NCBI GenBank assembly: GCA_950097015.1
Contig: CATNEN010000007.1
Span: forward strand, 5,332,001-5,396,000
Reading direction: 5' to 3'
Source of the DNA: Macrostomum hystrix
Lineage: Eukaryota > Animalia > Platyhelminthes
DNA: 64,000 bases
How positions within the stretch are numbered: position 1 is the stretch's first letter; every line of letters starts with the position of its first letter. Below the pieces are notes generated by a model. That model did not search any database, had not been told where the DNA came from, and saw only the letters and a list, made by a program, of their open reading frames with translations. Positions 47,557-64,000 of the stretch are shown in pieces. The translations under genes and the position numbers were made by a program.

Positions 47557-48276
47557 GTGAGATGGGGAGAAGGAGTGAAAGGTGCAGAGTGAGATGGGGA
47601 GAAGGAGTGAAAGGTGCAGAGTGAGACGGGGAGAAGGAGTGAAAGGTGCAGAGTGAGATGGGGAGAAGGAGTGAAAGGTGTAGAGTGAGATGGGGAGAAG
47701 GAGTGAAAGGTACAGAGTGAGATGGGGAGAAGGAGTGAAAGGTGCAGAGTGAGATGGGGAGAAGGAGTGAAAGGTGTAGAGTGAGATGGGGAGAAGGAGT
47801 GAAAGGTGCAGAGTGAGATGGGGAGAAGGAGTGAAAGGTGCAGAGTGAGATGGGGAGAAGGAGTGAAAGGTGCAGAGTGAGATGGGGAGAAGGAGTGAAA
47901 GGTGTAGAGTGAGATGGGGAGAAGGAGTGAAAGGTGTAGAGTGAGATGGGGAGAAGGAGTGAAAGGTGTAGAGTGAGATGGGGAGAAGGAGTGAAAGGTG
48001 CAGAGTGAGATGGGGAGAAGGAGTGAAAGGTGCAGAGTGAGACGGGTTTAAGGAGTGAAAGGTGCAGAGTGAGACGGGGTTAAGGAGTGAAAGGTGCAGA
48101 GTGAGACGGGGTTAAGGAGTGAAAGGTGCAGAGTGAGATGGGGTGAGACGGGGTTAAGGAGTGAAAGGTGCAGAGTGAGACGGGGTTAAGGAGTGAAAGG
48201 TGCAGAGTGAGACGGGGTTAAGGAGTGAAAGGTGCAGAGTGAGACGGGGTTAAGGAGTGAAAGGTGCAGAGTGAGA
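47557..48276. repeat. 32-bp purine-rich minisatellite (GTGAGATGGGGAGAAGGAGTGAAAGGTGCAGA)n
   Basis: About 22 units; switches to the variant GTGAGACGGGGTTAAGG at about 48037. Confidence 0.97.
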
Positions 48277-48907
48277 GGATGCGAGATTCATTTGAAAAGA
48301 CAACTAAGATCCATAAAACAAGGGAATATGAAGCTAATCCAGAGTGAGAGTGACAAATCAGGGTTAGTTAAAAGCTTAAATTGCATTGGTAAATAATCGG
48401 CTAGAGACGAGAGTAAAAAATGAAATAATTTTTAACTAGTTAAGCAAACACAGAATATCAAATAAATGTTTAGATTTTTCATCTATAAGCTGACTAGCAG
48501 CGATTCAGAATGCTTTTAGAACTGATCATGATTGGATAAGAGAAGCGCTGATATTAAAAATAGAAATCAATGAGGCCACTAAATCAATTAGCCAATAGAA
48601 TACCATTTGGGGCGGCCTTAGTCAGCACAATTCAGAACACAATGCGCAAAGTGTTAACTATGAAAATGACGGCAAATAGGAAAACAGGGCTAAATAGAAC
48701 TGGATAATATTAGTAAATACAAAATAGAAGCTGTAATGCGAAAACACATGGATAGCATATAAATAGATAGACACCGTACAACCGTACTGCTACTTGGAGT
48801 AAAGGCTCAAAAAACCAATATTAGAAACTGTTTGTCAGACAAGCGACTCAAGAAAAGCGAATCAGTTTTAATACCACTCAGCTTTCTGAAGCCTAGGCTG
48901 AAAAATT

Positions 48908-49500
48908 GGGCTGGGGTGGGTGCAGTGGAGCTGGGGTGGGTGCAGTGTGGGCTGGGGTTGATGCAGTGGGGTCTGTGGCTGGGGTGGGTGCAGTGTGGGC
49001 TGGGGTGGGTGCAGTGTGGGCTGGGGTTGATGCAGTGGGGTCCGTGGCTGGGGTGGGTACAGTGTGGGCTTGGGTGGGTGCAGTGTGGGCTGGGGTGGGT
49101 GCAGTGTGGGCTGGGGTTGATGCAGTGGGGTCCGTGGCTGGGGTGGGTGCAGTGTGGGCTGGGGTTGATGCAGTGGGGTCCGTGGCTGGGGTGGGTACAG
49201 TGTGGGCTGGGGTGGGTGCAGTGTGGGCTGGGGTGGGTGCAGTGTGGGTTGGGGTTGATGCAGTGGGGTCCGTGGCTGGGGTGGGTGCAGTGTGGGCTGG
49301 GGTTGATGCAGTGGGGTCCGTGGCTGGGGTGGGTGCAGTGTGGGCTGGGGTTGATGCAGTGGGGTCCGTGGCTGGGGTGGGTGCAGTGTGGGCTGGGGTT
49401 GATGCAGTGGGGTCCGTGGCTGGGGTGGGTGCTGTGTGGGCTGGGGTTGGTGCAGTGGGGCTTGGGGTTGGTGCAGTGTGGCTTGCGGCTGGGGTGGGTG
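48908..49500. repeat. G-rich minisatellite based on (GGGCTGGGGTGGGTGCAGTGT)n, G-quadruplex prone
   Basis: Tandem 21/27-bp units with dense G3-G4 runs. Confidence 0.95.
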
Positions 49501-50154
49501 CCGCGACGCGAACAATAATGTTCAATTATTTCTTTGGTATATATTCTTTAATTGTAAAGAAAAAATTGAAGAAAAACTGCCGAAATATGCAAAGGAAAAT
49601 AATTGCTTAAAAAAGAAGCGAAAGAAAATAATTAACAAAATAAAACATTCAGCATGAGTACAAAGGGTTGAGAACGTCAACACACACCGAACACCATAAG
49701 CACTGGGGGATTACAAACGAAGGAAACAGATTCAAGGCTGAAGTTGCACACGATCGGTTTCAATAAAGAAACTATTGGCTAGAAAAGTTGAGTTCCTTTC
49801 TAACATAGTCGTATTGTTCTGGCCTACTCATAGTAGCCAATGTTGAGTAAGACTTGAAAACCTTAAATAAGATAATATTTACCAAAAATGAAGAAGACAC
49901 ACTGACTTAGTAAACTAATGAATAACGACAATACGATATCAACAGGTAACTAAGGACAACAAAAAACCGATACCGATCCACCGTTGGATATTAGCTTATT
50001 ATAGAAAGTGGGACTTACAAACATGAGTATTAATAAGTTTAATTAGCGAGTCTCATAAGCGGACAGAAGCCTAATTTACTGGCAGCGAGTGGATAGTGGG
50101 TTAATTAATGAATTTGTTATTAATTTACAATTAGTCAGATGGCTTAGCAGCTGG

Positions 50155-63405
<13,251 letters not shown>

Positions 63406-63639
63406 CTGGAGAGGAGACGAGGGGAGGCAGGTCCATGAGGAACTGTACACCAAATGTCTGATGACAGACGCGATGCCATTTTTTAACTTGATTTTCTTGC
63501 TGAAGAATTTCCTCTACAGCACACCTGTTTATCCCAGATTCTTGGTGTCTTTGCTAGCAAACTTTTATACCTTTTAAAATATCTTAACTTTCATCTGTCC
63601 TCTGATTGCATCTTACCTCTGTCACTTGTTTTCATCCCC

Positions 63640-63784
63640 TCTCATTCGATCTCATCTCCCTCTCATTCGATCTCATCTACCCCTCATTCGATCTCATCTA
63701 CCCCTCATTCGATCTCATCTACCCCTCATTCGATCTCATCCTCCCTCATTCGATCTCATCTCCCTCTCATTCGATCTCCAATCT
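63640..63784. repeat. 21-bp minisatellite (CTCATTCGATCTCATCTACCC)n
   Basis: About 7 units. Confidence 0.92.
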
Positions 63785-64000
63785 CACCTGGGGAGGATCC
63801 CAGATTGCGGGCCACTGTGGCCTGACACAGTGTGCTGAAAGACACTGGGTCCCATTGTGAGAGACAGTTTTAAAACTGAAAAGCATCGGCAAAGTGGATG
63901 TCTGCTCCAACACACTCCTCTGAAAGGTCCATCAGCGGATCGCATGCCAGCTCCCAGCATCCCAATCTTGCCAAAACCCAGATACCAGCCCCCATCATGC

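Noticed and set aside
48832-49610. Pro/Gln-, Thr/Pro- and Gly/Trp-rich ORFs over 200 aa
   Set aside because: Open in several frames on both strands because of a G-rich minisatellite.

Overview
Eukaryotic (animal) genomic DNA with spliced genes; there is no prokaryotic operon structure and no CRISPR array. GC-rich codons, a flatworm-type Pax6 paired domain (KILCRYY) and a different minisatellite in almost every intron and intergenic gap suggest a free-living flatworm such as Macrostomum; this is inference only. I reconstructed five genes by hand from GT-AG boundaries with consistent phases: (1) Pax6, + strand, 5 coding exons, 15206-21484, about 701 aa, preceded by about 12 kb of gene-free upstream DNA and a candidate promoter and non-coding first exon at about 11880-12262; (2) RecQ4/RECQL4 helicase, - strand, 6 exons, 33406-27555, about 1279 aa; (3) an orphan protein of about 603 aa with a divergent C-terminal dynein light chain (LC8)-like domain, + strand, 36374-38496; (4) an orphan two-transmembrane protein of about 192 aa with polyQ and a C-terminal TPV, + strand, 43521-46335; (5) the 3' part of a calcineurin A gene, - strand, 63405-50155, with candidate 9-nt and 21-nt micro-exons. 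About 30 distinct tandem arrays cover roughly a third of the window (about 23 kb by my tally). Two unrelated full-length tRNA-derived SINEs are present: one is CORE-type, and the other is highly structured with a 12-bp target-site duplication. Most long ORFs in the supplied track are repeat artefacts. The most unusual observations are the structured SINE carrying a 14-nt match to the HDV ribozyme P3/L3 core, six RFX X-box-like motifs spaced 21 bp apart inside RecQ4 coding sequence, the calcineurin micro-exons, the LC8-domain orphan, and an 840-bp higher-order repeat in a CCAAT satellite. None of these is a proven new system.
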